From positions 28,239,181 through 28,303,180 of the forward strand of contig CM119264.1 of NCBI GenBank assembly GCA_051294375.1: a stretch of DNA of 64,000 nt. The letters are read 5' to 3'. This DNA comes from Paraspadella gotoi. Its lineage: Eukaryota > Animalia > Chaetognatha. Of the stretch, positions 13,801-26,000 are shown in pieces. A program made the translations under genes and the position numbers. The notes under the pieces are model-generated. The model was not told where the DNA came from and searched no databases. It worked only from the letters and a program-made list of their open reading frames with translations. The number at the start of each line of letters is the position of its first letter. The stretch's first letter is position 1.

Positions 13801-15379
13801 TTTAAAAATTCGATCTCATTTTCCAAAATTCTCCCCCCCCCACCCCCCCACCCCCCACCGACTTCCTCCTCCACTACAGACATCGAATACGTGAACAATC
13901 CCGACATGTCCGACCTCCAGTTCCTCGTCGAAGGTCGAGTCTTCTTCGCTCACCGCATCATCCTCGTCAACGCCTCCGCCAGGTTCAAGTCGCTGCTCAC
14001 CTCCGTCGCTGGGGTGAGGAACTCCGTCGCGATGGACAGCAGCGCACCGGTGAGAGCTGCTGCTGGTGTTGTTGTTCTTGTTGTTGTTGTTGTTGTTATT
14101 ATCATGGGGTGAAGTACTTCATGGCCACAGACACCGCTGTCCCGATTAGTTTTTGTTTTTGTTTTATTACCATTGCTTTCCTTCTCCTATCTTTTTTTTT
14201 TTTTCATTTTCAATTTCTCTTTTTTTGGCCAAACGGTTTCCTTTCCTATTTTTTTTTTCTTTTTTGTCTTTCTATCTTCTTTCTACTTTCCCCATCTCTT
14301 TCCATTCTCGCCCTTCTCATCTCATCTCATCTCGTTCCAATTTCTTTCCCTATTTCTTTCCATTCTCGCCCATCTCATCTCATCCCATCTCTTTCCAATT
14401 TCTTTCCCCATCTCTTTCCATTCTCGCCCATCTCATCCCATCTTTTTCCAATGCTTTTCTCATCTCTTTCTTTCCTGTTTCAACTCTTTCCATTCAAACC
14501 CCCCCCCCGGCAACAGGGTCTTGACGATCCCATCGACATCGAAGACGTTCGATACGGAATCTTCGAGTTGATCATGTTGTGGCTCTACAGCGGAGGCGAC
14601 GCGGAGATGCGGGTGGAGGAGAACGAGCTCGTCGAGGTAATTGATGTCATTTGATTGATTGATTTGATTTGATTTGATTGATTCATTAATAAAAATTCAA
14701 GATTAATTGATTGTAAGAACTTGATTTGATTTGTTGTTCATTATTGATTAGATGAATTATATTGTTGAATTTTATTTGTTTTATTGATCATGCTGTAATT
14801 AATTCATCTTCCTGATTGATTGATTGATCGATTCCCCATTTTCCTCTCCAGCTTATGTCGGCCGCCCACGCCTTCGGTCTCGAGGGTCTTCAACGCCACT
14901 GCGAGATCGCCCTCTCGCGCCACCTTCGCCTCGACAACGTCGTCGACGTCTTCAAGACGGCCAAACTCTACTCGGCCGACGCGCTCGTCCGGTATTGTCT
15001 CGGCTTCATGCTCCGGCACTTGCCGACGCTGGCGGCGCCCGATGCCGACGCCGAGGCCGCCAGCCCATGCGCCGCCTCATTCCGCCGCTTGGCGTTCTCC
15101 TCGCGGGCCCAGAGTCAAGACGCCCTCAACGGGCTGCTGCGCACGCTGACGGAGCGAATGCTGCGTCGTCGCGGCGGCGGAGGAGGCGGAGATGACGACT
15201 ACGCTAACAACAACGTCGGCACGGTGACGTCGGCGACGGGGCGGTTGGACCGGACGACCAGCGGGAGCGTTCTGTCCGTCGTGACGAGCGGCGGTGGCGG
15301 TGGTGTCGGTGGTATGGGGGCGGGCGGGGGTGGTGGAGTGACGAGACCTGGAGTGCCGCTCAGATCGACACCGGTGTGA
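4604..15379 (+). CDS. ABTB2: Ankyrin repeat and BTB/POZ domain protein, ABTB2/BTBD11 family (5'-partial, spliced)
   Basis: Phase-consistent exons 4604-4713 (GWTALHFA), 4972-5194 (LLLDRG..ETPLLLAAAAGN..GADP), 5634-5831 (AAAHGRR..FLSLEEMLAEG), 7102-7235, 7346-7471, 7941-8304 (EAMYHAAENGHVDITVDLR), 8418-~8526 (GVPWSLHSW), ~9030-9240 (LFDIFRQSKN, with indels), 13880-14049 (BTB: SDLQFLVEGRVFFAHRIIL), 14517-14636, 14852-15379. Motif order matches vertebrate ABTB2. N-terminal exons are not in the window. Confidence 0.92.
5421..5502 (+). tRNA. trnL-TAG: tRNA-Leu(TAG), intronic in the ABTB gene
   Basis: Canonical 82-nt Leu tRNA GGTAGCGTGGCCGAGTGGTCTAAGG...GGTTCGAATCCCACCGCTGCCA. Variable arm CTC-GTTT-GAG; T8 terminator at 5511-5518. 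Confidence 0.95.
5956..6677. mobile_element. Non-autonomous hAT-like insertion
   Basis: Flanked by the 8-bp direct repeat ACATTCAG (5948-5955, 6678-6685). The right end reads TAGAGGCC on the - strand. Copy A shows the empty site. The interior resembles 31810-31980. Confidence 0.65.
7678..7760 (+). repeat. Dispersed repeat family (TGTAAGAG...ACCACCAAAGCCTGTCCAAAGTCAGGGGCAAG)
   Basis: Near-identical independent copies at 30847-30939 (-) and 57891-57948 (-), besides those in copies A and C. Confidence 0.8.
9771..13522 (+). repeat. Direct, indel-rich copy (copy C) of ABTB exons and the intronic tRNA-Leu (10321-10405)
   Basis: Repeats ~4883-5840 and ~6770-9700 with many single-base indels; ends at N gap 13528-13552. 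Confidence 0.85.
13602..13635 (+). ncRNA. Penelope-type minimal hammerhead ribozyme motif in an inverted-repeat element
   Basis: CTGATGA-A-GACTT(ACAAAC)AAGTC-GAAA-CATGTC, with palindromic helix III ACATGT. An inverted partner lies at 13493-13522 (-). Helix I is only partly formed. Confidence 0.6.
14288..14452. repeat. Pyrimidine-rich intronic minisatellite
   Basis: About 3 copies of TTCCCCATCTCTTTCCATTCTCGCCCATCTCATC... Confidence 0.7.
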
Positions 15380-16467
15380 AAAAATAAATAAAGTTTTTGG
15401 GTCCTTTTAATTGTTTCATACTTTTTTTTTTAAGTATTTTTGGGTAGGATTATTATAAATTATATATGTCATTGGATTCTTTTTTTTTGTTCCTATAATT
15501 TTATATTATATATTTAATATAAATAAGTCAAAGAAACACTTTTTTGCCTCGTGATAGTTTTTACGTCTGTTACTAATTGTTTCTTTTTTTGTTGCTATGT
15601 TAGTCATTTTTTTTCGGTAAAAAGGAAACCAACTAAAATTAGAATTAATAATATGTTTGGAATTCGTACCTTCCGCACATTACTTGTGTTAGTTGAATTA
15701 TTTATTCTTTTTTCGCAGTTAGTAGACTTTTTATGGCGTTAAAGTTTATTCTCGCAATAATTTAACTTCTCACAAATCGTGTAATTTTACGACCCGACTA
15801 ATATACAATTTGTATTATTTTCTTGGGGAAAAATAATTTCTGCTTTTGTTTGACAATCCTTCATTGATTCTATGATGTACTAAAAATATGTATTTGTTAT
15901 ATTGTATAACTTGTTGATTCTAACTGAAACGCCACACGTTACCCGCCACCTCGTTGGGACATGTTAAAACATGTTGAAAGATTTTAAAATATATTGCCTC
16001 GCATGTTTACAAATTGGCTGACGATTAAAATTTTTATTTTTTCTGTCCCTTTGTCTTATTGTTTGTAATTTTCGAAAGAAAAAATAACATTTCTGGAACA
16101 AGTAATATCAATTACATTAAAAATTAACTTTGTCGAGCTTTCTTCGGAATAACACCGTGAAAGACTAATGTTCTGTTTCGAACGCGGCAAATTAAATGAC
16201 CCATTTCGGTTTGATTTTATTCACATACTCTCAAGTTGGAATAAAACAAAAAAACATTAAATTTTCTTTTAGTTTTTAAAAATTCAATTATTACAGTTTT
16301 GACAACGAATCAGATTTCAGAAATAGCAAAAACCACAACCGATATTCGCCAGACAGAATATGTCCCTCCTTTCATCGCAAAAAAATTTTATTCATTTTTT
16401 TTTTAAATAGTTTTTGTATTCTTGTTTTCGTCTTCGGATCCATCATTGAAAGTTTATTGATTTTGAA

Positions 16468-16670
16468 GAGACAGTGATAATTGTTATGTGTTAGTGACAG
16501 AACCGTTCAATATAAGCATTAAGCAGTCCCTGAGCTTCGGATCAGGCTGTAACACCGTGTTACAGGCGGGTTAAGAGCCCCGTCTCTCTTAACTGCTAGG
16601 CGACCACAGGGCTAAAACCCCGGACCTTTGGGTTGGGAGGCGAATGACTTACCTCCGGTACCAATGGCCG
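16468..16670 (-). mobile_element. tRNA-derived SINE, copy 1
   Basis: The - strand has a tRNA-like head CGGCCAT..GTCATTCGCCTCCCAACCCAAAGGTCCGGGGTTTTAGCCCTGTGGTCG. Homologs at 16941-17134, ~34205-34515 and ~40175-40292. Confidence 0.7.
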
Positions 16671-16940
16671 CTGATGAACGGTTGGTGGATTTTAATCCAC
16701 CATACATCCCCCCTTCCCTTAGGGAGAAGTCTGTTGCGTCTCTTCAGTGAATTGTTGTTGTTGTTGTTGTTCGTCACCAAGTTGAGGCATGTCGCCTGAT
16801 GAGTTGTGGGAAAGTGCATCGCCAGGTTGAGGCATGTCGGCTGATGTGTTGTGGTCGTAAAGTGCATCGCCAGGTTGAGGCATGTCGCCTGAAAGTGTTG
16901 TTGTTGCTGTTGTGTTCGAAAGTCAGGCTCACCAATGAAA

Positions 16941-17134
16941 AGACAGTAATTATTGTTATGAGTTAGTGACAGAACCGTCCAATATAAGCAATCCCTGAGC
17001 TTCGGATCAGGCTGTAACACCGTGTTACAGGCGGGTTAAGCGCACCGTCCCTCTTAACTGCTAGGCGACCACTGGGCTAGAACCCCGGACCTTTGGGTTG
17101 GGAGGCGAATGACTTGCCTCCGGCCTTCGTGACC
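16941..17134 (-). mobile_element. tRNA-derived SINE, copy 2
   Basis: Near-identical to copy 1; B-box-like GGTTCTAGCCC. Confidence 0.7.
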
Positions 17135-18131
17135 TTATTTATCAAGCGAGAACCAACAAAAATTTCAATAAAAACTAGAAATATTCTATTGCCAGAATGA
17201 GTTCTCTGAAAAACTACTAAATAACTAGATTCTGCTTTGTTGTAGACTCACAAAACTAGGCGTAGGACTGTGACTATGAGTAATACTCATTGAGTATGAG
17301 TCAACGATGGATTTTTGAGTTTAGACGAGTTTAGACTTCAAGATTGTCTTCTCATTCGCTGCATGGAATCTGAGGGACCAATCAGAAGACGACTCTCTCT
17401 CTCTCTATCTCTCCGGTTGCGCAATACATACATTATCTAGATCCAGGTTTGTTTTTGTCTGTAATTTTTTTTTTTGTCGGTATAAATTTAGTTCCTCTTG
17501 AAAATTTTAATTATTTAGATGAACTTTCATAATTAGAGTAATTAGAGTATTTAAGTTGGAACGCATCATATTTTTAACGATTTTTATGTGTTTTTCTGAC
17601 CAACTAGGTTTTATGAGTTTAAACAGCGCGCTCATCGTCGCCGAAGAAAGATTTTACGTCATGTTCGCAAAAGGCAAAAGCCTAAAAAAGTTTATCAGTT
17701 TTAAAAACACCTAATCAGTTTATCAATAATCTGACTTCCTTCTCGGAGGTTACCTGCAACTGTTAACCTGGCGTTAAAATTAATTTTAATTTATAAAAAT
17801 TTGATTGAAAAACATAACTTACAAAATTACTAACTACAAAGCTAAAAATGAATCCTGTTAAAACTATCTGTCCATTGTGTCACGTCCTTTTTTAGAAAAA
17901 AAAACCGCCCGAAAATTATGATGATTTTACATTGCGCATGTTTTGCGCAACATTCCAACAAACATTTATTACTTATTACAAACATTAACTTCTGCATGAT
18001 TGACAAAGTCGCCGCGTCCTTAAAGATCGAGCGATAAAAAAAATGCTAAGTCTTTCATCGATGATAATAAGTTCGACGAATTTTCTTCTTATCACTTTAA
18101 AAACTATTTCAACAACAACAACAACGACAAA

Positions 18132-20421
18132 ATGGGAAGTAAAACGCTGAATTTTCTTTTCTTCAACGTCAGACTTTTCCCACTGTGGGAGTCGATTGCT
18201 TGGTTAATTCTGTTTCTTATCTTGTATCTCGTCTACTGGTTAGTCCGAAGGTGTTATTTGCGCTCCAAAGCGAGAAAGCAAGAGGCGAATAACAGCGGCA
18301 GGTAAAAAGTTATTAACAATATATTTAACAATTAATTAATAATTAACAATATAATTAAGGAAATTATGGGGAAGGAGTCCTCAATTTGAAATTAAGAAAC
18401 GCAATAGTTCCTTGTTCGCAATAATTCCTTGTTTAACAACCAGTGCATGCATTAGGTTTAATTATATTTTGTCTCAAAAACTAAAATCATTTGATTAAAA
18501 TTAGAATGATAAAAAATCATCCATGTCTCACGATGACTTTACTGAGCGAAAGCAAGCATGCAAACATTTCTTTGCCACTCAATTCCACCCCCCCTACTCC
18601 CAACGTCAAAAATCCACCGTACCTAAATTTAAATAACCCTCACCTCCCCTTAAAAAATGACCTTACCACCCCAAACCTATGCTCCGCGTTGTCGTAGATT
18701 ATCCTCACCCGCTCCTCGCTTTCGTTACCAAAGTATCACCGGCGCCGTGATCGCCGACGCTTCGGCCCCGGCCTTCGGCGAGGAAGGCGGCGACACTCCG
18801 GATGTCGAGATCCGTCCCACGCGGCCGCTGGTGCCCAAGGAATCCGCTCCGCGATCCCGATGGGTCGCAAAGGGCCTCCGCATCTTGGAGGCCTTGGCGG
18901 TCATCGCGGGGGCTTACTTCCTTCTACTCATTGCCTTCATCATTCTCGCTCGATGCATCGACACGGCGATCGTGATCGATCCGCGACCGTGTCCGAGAGG
19001 GTCCGCCAAGAGTTACTGCAACTACACGTTCGAGACTCCGCACGAGGACATTTACTTGAATGGAGAGGGCGGTGCGTGCATTGTAGGAATATTATATATA
19101 TATCATAATTCATATATGGATAAATAAATGTTAAATAAAGGAGGAGATGATGAGAGAAATTTTTGTGGAGCTGACTGAGCGTGAAAACTTTCTCACAATA
19201 ACGACTAATATAATTTAATTAAACCTTGAAAACTCCCAAAACCCTTATAAAAGTAAATAACTACTATTAACTAGTAATAATCGTAATTGGGTACTTGGGG
19301 ATATACTGATATCATTAATAACGAATTTTCTTGAAGACATGCAATTCCGCGAAAGCTTATTGCTTTATACTAGTATTTTTTTGCTTCCCAATGTAACCTA
19401 TACTCTGCCACAACTCTCTAATTTTAGTCTTCATTTCCTCTTTCGACCCACCCTCCCCAACACCTCGTCAATTAGAGTCCCTTCTCCACGGATGGTGGGT
19501 GAACGCGACGGGAAACATTAGCGGCACGAGCCGGTCGCCCACGATGCTGCTCAACCACGGACGCTCGCTCCCAATCCCTGCGTATCGCCCCTTGCTGAAG
19601 GAGCTCGTCTCACGGGGCTACGACGTCTTCATCTACGATTATCAAGGGTTCGGAAAGAGCACGGGCGCGCCCACCGAGACAAACATGTACGCGGATGCCG
19701 AGAAGGCGCTTGACTACGTAGTTGAGAGGAAGGGAATCAAGGTGAGTTTCAGTATTTTTCTTTTGAAGGAATACAATAGTAATACTAATACATTAGACAA
19801 TTTTACCACTTTTTTAAAATATATATTTAAGTGACGAAAAAAGTTTATGGCAATTGACAGCGATTAAAGCCGTCTTTTGTTTTTGGCAGAATAAAGAAGA
19901 TGTAATGCAAATGGGCGTGTCACTAGGAGGCGCCGTGACCACCCACCTCGCGAAGAGTCACAACTCATCGTCCGTCGTTCTAATCAGTTCCATCGACTCT
20001 GTGGGCGAAGAAATTCGCTCCAATCTCTTGGTAAGAAAAATAGCAAAGATAATAGTATTAGAATTTAACTAGTTTATAATCAAAGGTTGAAGAAATAACG
20101 AATTTGAGGAAAACTGCTTTTTCTCAGTTTACCGGGTGGGCGGTGGCGGGCACGATGAGGTATAGTTTTAGCGCCTACGACGATGCCCCCTTCCTTCGGC
20201 GATGCATGTTCTTCTACGTGGGAGAAAAAGACGAGATTATCCCCGCCTGGCGAGGAAAACGCCTGTTTCGCCAAGCCGGCAATTTGGACCAAAACTGCAC
20301 CATCATGTTCGACGATCCCAAAGGAAAACACGCGGGAATGCCAGGGAACATCTTCGACAATCCAGATTTCGAAAAGGCTTTCGACGAATGGCTGAACGGA
20401 CGGGATGGACGGAAACCATGA
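18132..20421 (+). CDS. Membrane-anchored alpha/beta serine hydrolase, ABHD12/13/17-like
   Basis: Phase-consistent exons 18132-18301, 18698-19071, 19476-19741 (LHGWW..NHG..YDYQGFGKSTGAPTE..YADA), 19890-20030 (GVSLGG nucleophile), 20128-20421 (GEKDEII Asp, GKHA His). Catalytic triad complete. Confidence 0.9.
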
Positions 20422-23049
20422 CTCTGAAATTGTCATCGTGTATTATACTAATAATACTAGTCATATTGTATTAATGATTTTTGTTTTAATCTTCATCAAA
20501 TCTTGAATTGATTGTTCTGTGGAGAAAGCGTCTGGTGTTCGTCAGACTCTGGAAAAACTAAGCTTTAACATCCCAAATCATTCTAAGTTTTTTTTTGATT
20601 GAAAAATATTACGTTTATAAACAGACAGTAGGTTGACAAACGAACGGCAAAGAGCCGTCTCTTTTCTTATAGTTAGAATAAAATGACCAATAAGGTTTTT
20701 TTCTAGATTTGGTGAAATGTTTCTGTTTCCAACTCGCCAGAAAACAACTTCATCACTGTTTTTCTTAAACATGGCCCGTTTCCATATCACTGAGAAAAGT
20801 AACAAAAACAACAGCCGGACTACAAAAAATACATTTAATTAAGATTATGTACAATCTTAATCCCAAGGTTATCATCGGCAAAGTCAAAAATAAACGGCCT
20901 TTGCATTTGATGAGGGCATCACACGTTTACCGTTTAACAAGTAGATTCTAGTTACTGCAAAATTTAATGCTTTCCGCCTGACTAATGTAGTGAATCTAAA
21001 AGATGATTTTATTTTACACCTGGCAATGTGAGCAACTTTTCTTCTCAGGAACATAATCGGGATCTCATTTTCCGACAATGAGCGCGGCGTCTTTCCTGCT
21101 TCGAACTGGAGTCTAAAAAGCTTTCTTTTTTCTGGTTTAACTTTCACCTCTCGATAATTAAATCACGGATTTCTGATATTAACAATAGCATCTACGAAGA
21201 TGGGGAAGAAAATATCACAACAACAAATGCTACAAATGGCATATAAGCATCAATTAATTCGATAATTAACATTAAACACTTAAAAAATAAAAGAAAACAA
21301 ACAAACCTAAATAAAGGCAGAGATGATCGATGACTATTTTCCTAGATTGTAACGTAACACTGGTACAAATAGGGATTGAATTATTGGCAACGAAAAAGCA
21401 TTTTGAATAAAAAAAAATTGCATTGATGAATTAAGCCAAGTAATTATATTTAAATTTTTGTGGAATTATTCAGAAACATCCTTGTCCTCTAAACGTGAAA
21501 TACTGCTGTCGTACAATTATTATATAACAGAAATATTACATCTCGTTTGGATTTCAGAAATCGGACTTAATATAGAGTATCAGTCGATATAACAAAGCAA
21601 AAACCTATCGTCAGAAATTATGAACCAAGATTCAGTGTAACTATAAGGCATTCTGGAATACTGTTCCATACTGAAGAGTCATGCCAAAATCTTTCCTAAT
21701 ATTATAGATATTAGAGAAAAATCGATTATTAATTTAGGGAAAGACATCACAACACAAAAAAAATTTTAACAACCTACCGAAATTATGAAATTGAAACATT
21801 TAAAGAAATGATTAGAATAACCAGGACTTGTAATTGTAAAAAACGAAAAATCGCAATCTGGAAGATGTAAAAATCGTGGTTTATAAAATGTTAAAGTTGT
21901 GCCAAAACGACTTTTTACAACTGACTACGACATACGAAGGCTATCCACTGCAATATTGTTTAATTCCTCAATGTAATTCTTTTAACATTGTTATGATTCT
22001 AAGATTTGTTTACTTTCATACCGTTTTCCTTAGTCATAAATGGCCCATAATATAGAGTTCCATTTTTGAAATCGTATATATTCTAATGGTGATAAATTAC
22101 AAGCACACAGATATCCTACCTAGTAGTACCTTTTAATAATATTAATTATAGATAGACGGTTCGATGAATTCAGTTTTAAAAATCAATGAAAAGAATAAAA
22201 TATTCACAATTGAAAGTTCGCAGAAACTCCAAATCCCCTGAGCAAAAAAAACAAGTTTCATCCTTTTAAATAATAATTGTTACTAAATTTACATAACTAA
22301 ATTTCTTATTAGTACTTTTATTACCACAGTTAATATTTAACCTCCGAAAAACGGGGTGCTGCTGAAGTTATGAATTGCCAGCTCTCATTTCAAAATTTCC
22401 ATCATACAAATGTACAAAATATGCAAAAACAATCGAATTTCTTCTCATAAAAATACGACTAAGTTGGATATCTGCGCAGACTTCCGTGGGAAGAGGACAA
22501 GAATCAGGGGAAATCATATCTCACAAAGTCGAGTATTGAAAAGGGCGGCATCGGCGGTGCTAACGCTGCGGATGTGGTGGACAAAATGTGACGACGGATC
22601 TGAGAAGATGGCGCGCGGATTCTCGGTCGAGGGAACAACGACGTCGTCGTCGTCTTCGTCCAGAGTCTTCGCCGGAAGCGTCCAGGTCCGAAGCGGACGA
22701 CGACGACGACAGCGTCGAATCGAACTCGCGTCGCTAAAGAAAGAAAAAGATGCTGGAGGGCCAGGTCTTTGAAAATTCGTTTCGGGGAATTTCATTGAAT
22801 TCGTAAGAATTAACTATAGCTTCACAAAGGACGGCGTCCACAATGTAAAAATTATTTCCTCACTTTTACTAGACACCTCAGTCACAAAAGATCTCAATAT
22901 AGACTATTCTATTGTATTGATAAATTTTTATTCCGGCGATTTTTTTTTTTTTGAAGTGGTGTTTAACAGATGTTTGCTGACCTGAACAAGGGACGAGCCA
23001 GAAGGTGGCGGAGTCAATGAATGAATTCTTGATTGGCGGGGGGTAGGAT

Positions 23050-26000
23050 TCACAATTGACGATATGGCCCTTGCATCTTCAGAAACTATAAACAAGCAAA
23101 GGGCAAATTTTCAGAAGCGAATTTGAAAATAACCTTTAAATTAAAATAATTAGAAAAAGATAATCGTTCATTATGATTACTGCTTAAAGAATAACTATAA
23201 ATAATAGGATTTAAACATTTTTATTATTTGCCTTAAGAAATTATACGACGACCAATTGGAGTTTAAGCGGGTTACAAAAAATCGTGACTAAAAAGATGAT
23301 CAAAAAATTCACGGCACAAATTTTTTTGTCATATGCAAAAAATTAGCGTGCACTCGGCGCAATCTTGGTGTTAAGACTTGGCAACCTAATTTAATCCAAG
23401 TCTATAAAAGGAAAACATTTCGTGGAGTCATTCAAAATCCTTTCGCCTGAGCTGATTTCGGATACAAACTAGACGGAACACATTTTAATTTATCGCATCA
23501 ATCTTGGACGGCCCATTTCTATTTGGTCAAAGGTAATTTATTTTAACACGATTTTTTTTTCCGATCTCATGATTGCCATTTAATTAGACGATTAATTCGA
23601 GATTCTCAAATTTTAGATGTCTGATCCTAAATGCAAAGATGGAGATCATGACGGATCAACTAAGGGTCATTGCAAAGAAAGCGACAAAACGGGTGAAAGA
23701 TGCGATGACCAAAAAACGGACGGACATTGCCATCATCAACCTTGTGAAGATCATTAGTATATTATATAAAACTACATAAAAGTTTGTTCGAAAAATGTAG
23801 TAAAAATTAATGACCAAACATTTTAACATTTTAACTGGGTAATAAATAAATTTCGATTATCATGAACGTCCAATTTTAACATCAAACGGCAATGTAATCA
23901 TTAGTTACGTTTTCTACGTCAGTTACATAGTTCACAAATACTGACTTAAAATTTTATGACAATTAATAAAAAACATCAAGCCCACTAAAAAACCAAACTC
24001 ACAAACTAACCTGTATTACTATTACCATTGTTTCTTTGGTTTATTTTCATCTTTAAAAACTTTTAGCGAAACAATATGCATATTAAATTACCTTTACATT
24101 TTAGTTTAAAAATTTAAAGGAACATTAAAAAACATTAAAAATTTAACCAGACTTATTCTGAGCTCAAAATCTTTAATACAATTGCAATATTTATCATTTT
24201 TTTGTATCTACAATTATTTTTCTTTAAAAAGAATGACATACCAATTATCACTTATGAGTTGTGTATAGACTTTCGAATTCGTTGTGTTTCGAATTTAGGG
24301 AGGAAAACAATTTATTTGTTTTGCTTCAACGAATTTTTAGGACATTTTTTTCGGACATATTTCGACTCTACAATTAGAGCATTGATGAAGACTCTAATTG
24401 TAGAGTCGAAACATGTCCGAAAAAAATGTCCTAAAAATTCGTTGAAACAAAACAAATAAATTGTTTTCCTCACTTCAAACAATTGTCTTCTACTAATTCA
24501 AACACAACGAAACGAAAGGAAATTCGCGATGAAACAATTGTCATATATTTCTAATTACCTGGATCACAAGAGAAGGTCCACCTTGCACAATTTCTGGCGG
24601 CAATTGTGTAAGAGGGCAATTTTCAATGCTCATAATTTGCAATGAATGGCACAGGGCAAGTTCGAAGGGAAGATTATGCAAACAAGGATTGTCATTGATG
24701 TAAAGAGTCTCCAAATTTTCCAAATTCCCTATTATTTAATAATTTGTACAAATTTCTGAGGTACTTTCCATTTGGTAATAAACTTATAAACTATAAAGTT
24801 ATAAAGTTATAATATATAATAAAGTTATAAACTATAAATTTTCAAAATTCAACTATACCGATTTCATCTGGAATTGATTGAAGATTATTTTCCCCTGCTC
24901 CCAAGTATGCCATATTTTGTAATGCACCAATTGTTCGGGGTAAAAATGTAAGCTTATTCGACTGTACAACCAGTTTTTTGAGTTCTTTCAAATGACCTGA
25001 ATTCAAAAAAAAATATATTGCCAAGAAAGTTAGCTAAGTGTGCAAACAAGTTTGGCGAATTACCGATTTCATTTGGAAGAGATTCCAATTTGTTTTCCTC
25101 CAAGTCGAGTACTTGCAATTTCTTCAGACTACCAATTGAGCTAGGAATTCGACGAAGAAGATTGTTTGACAGCAAAAGAATCTGATTTTCAAAAAAAATT
25201 GAAATTTTTATTAACAGTTGCCATTTCAAATATAAATTTTTACTTGCTTAATATTTCTCATTTCATAACTTACTTCCAAGTGTTCCAAATGCTGAATGTC
25301 TTCCGGAATTTTAGTCAACTGATTAGTCGCAAGATTCAACTCGACCATATTAGTCCATGATCCAATATCTGAAAATTCCATACAAAACTTTTTATACATC
25401 CTATCATTACGACACGGCCACACCAGGGACATGGTAAGAATGCTTGGCAACTAACCAAGTGGTAGAGATGATAGTTGATTATCCTTCATATTCAATTTTG
25501 AAAGAACTTTCGCGCGGGAGAAGATTCCAAAGGGGATTTTGTTGATTTGATTGTGTTCCATGTTAATTGCATTTACACTCATGAACTAAAAATTAAAATG
25601 ATTTTTGAATTACTCGAAACTATAAAAATTAACTTTCATGCATCGACCTTTTTATTTTGGATAACTTATAAAATAATACTTATGTTTAATCAAAAATATG
25701 ACTACCAACAAACAAATTTATATTAATGGTGTTATAAAGTTTATTTATCGCAAGAAATACTTGAAAATTTGTTCAAAAATTGAATATAAATTACCTGAGA
25801 TGGGCCGCCCATAGGGTAAGAGGTAAAGGCATTTCGTGCTAATGTTATGCTGGTGATCTTCGTTAAAGAAGACAAAAGTCCCTCCTAATAATGGCATGAA
25901 TGAATGAATTATTGCGTTTCATCTCGTAAAAAATATATTTATTAAATCAAAAACAATTTAGAATTAATATACATCAGTTGATCATACTTTAACAATATCA

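Noticed and set aside
16795-16820. CTGATGA...GAAA hammerhead
   Set aside because: No helix II closure, and the core is not kept in the sister repeats.
16468-17134. LTR pair or HDV-like ribozyme (GGCGAATG)
   Set aside because: No TG..CA ends, PBS or PPT; the motif is the reverse complement of a tRNA-like SINE head.
20884-21147. 87-aa ORF between the hydrolase and SHOC2
   Set aside because: Non-ATG start and no motif; probably 3'UTR or intergenic sequence.
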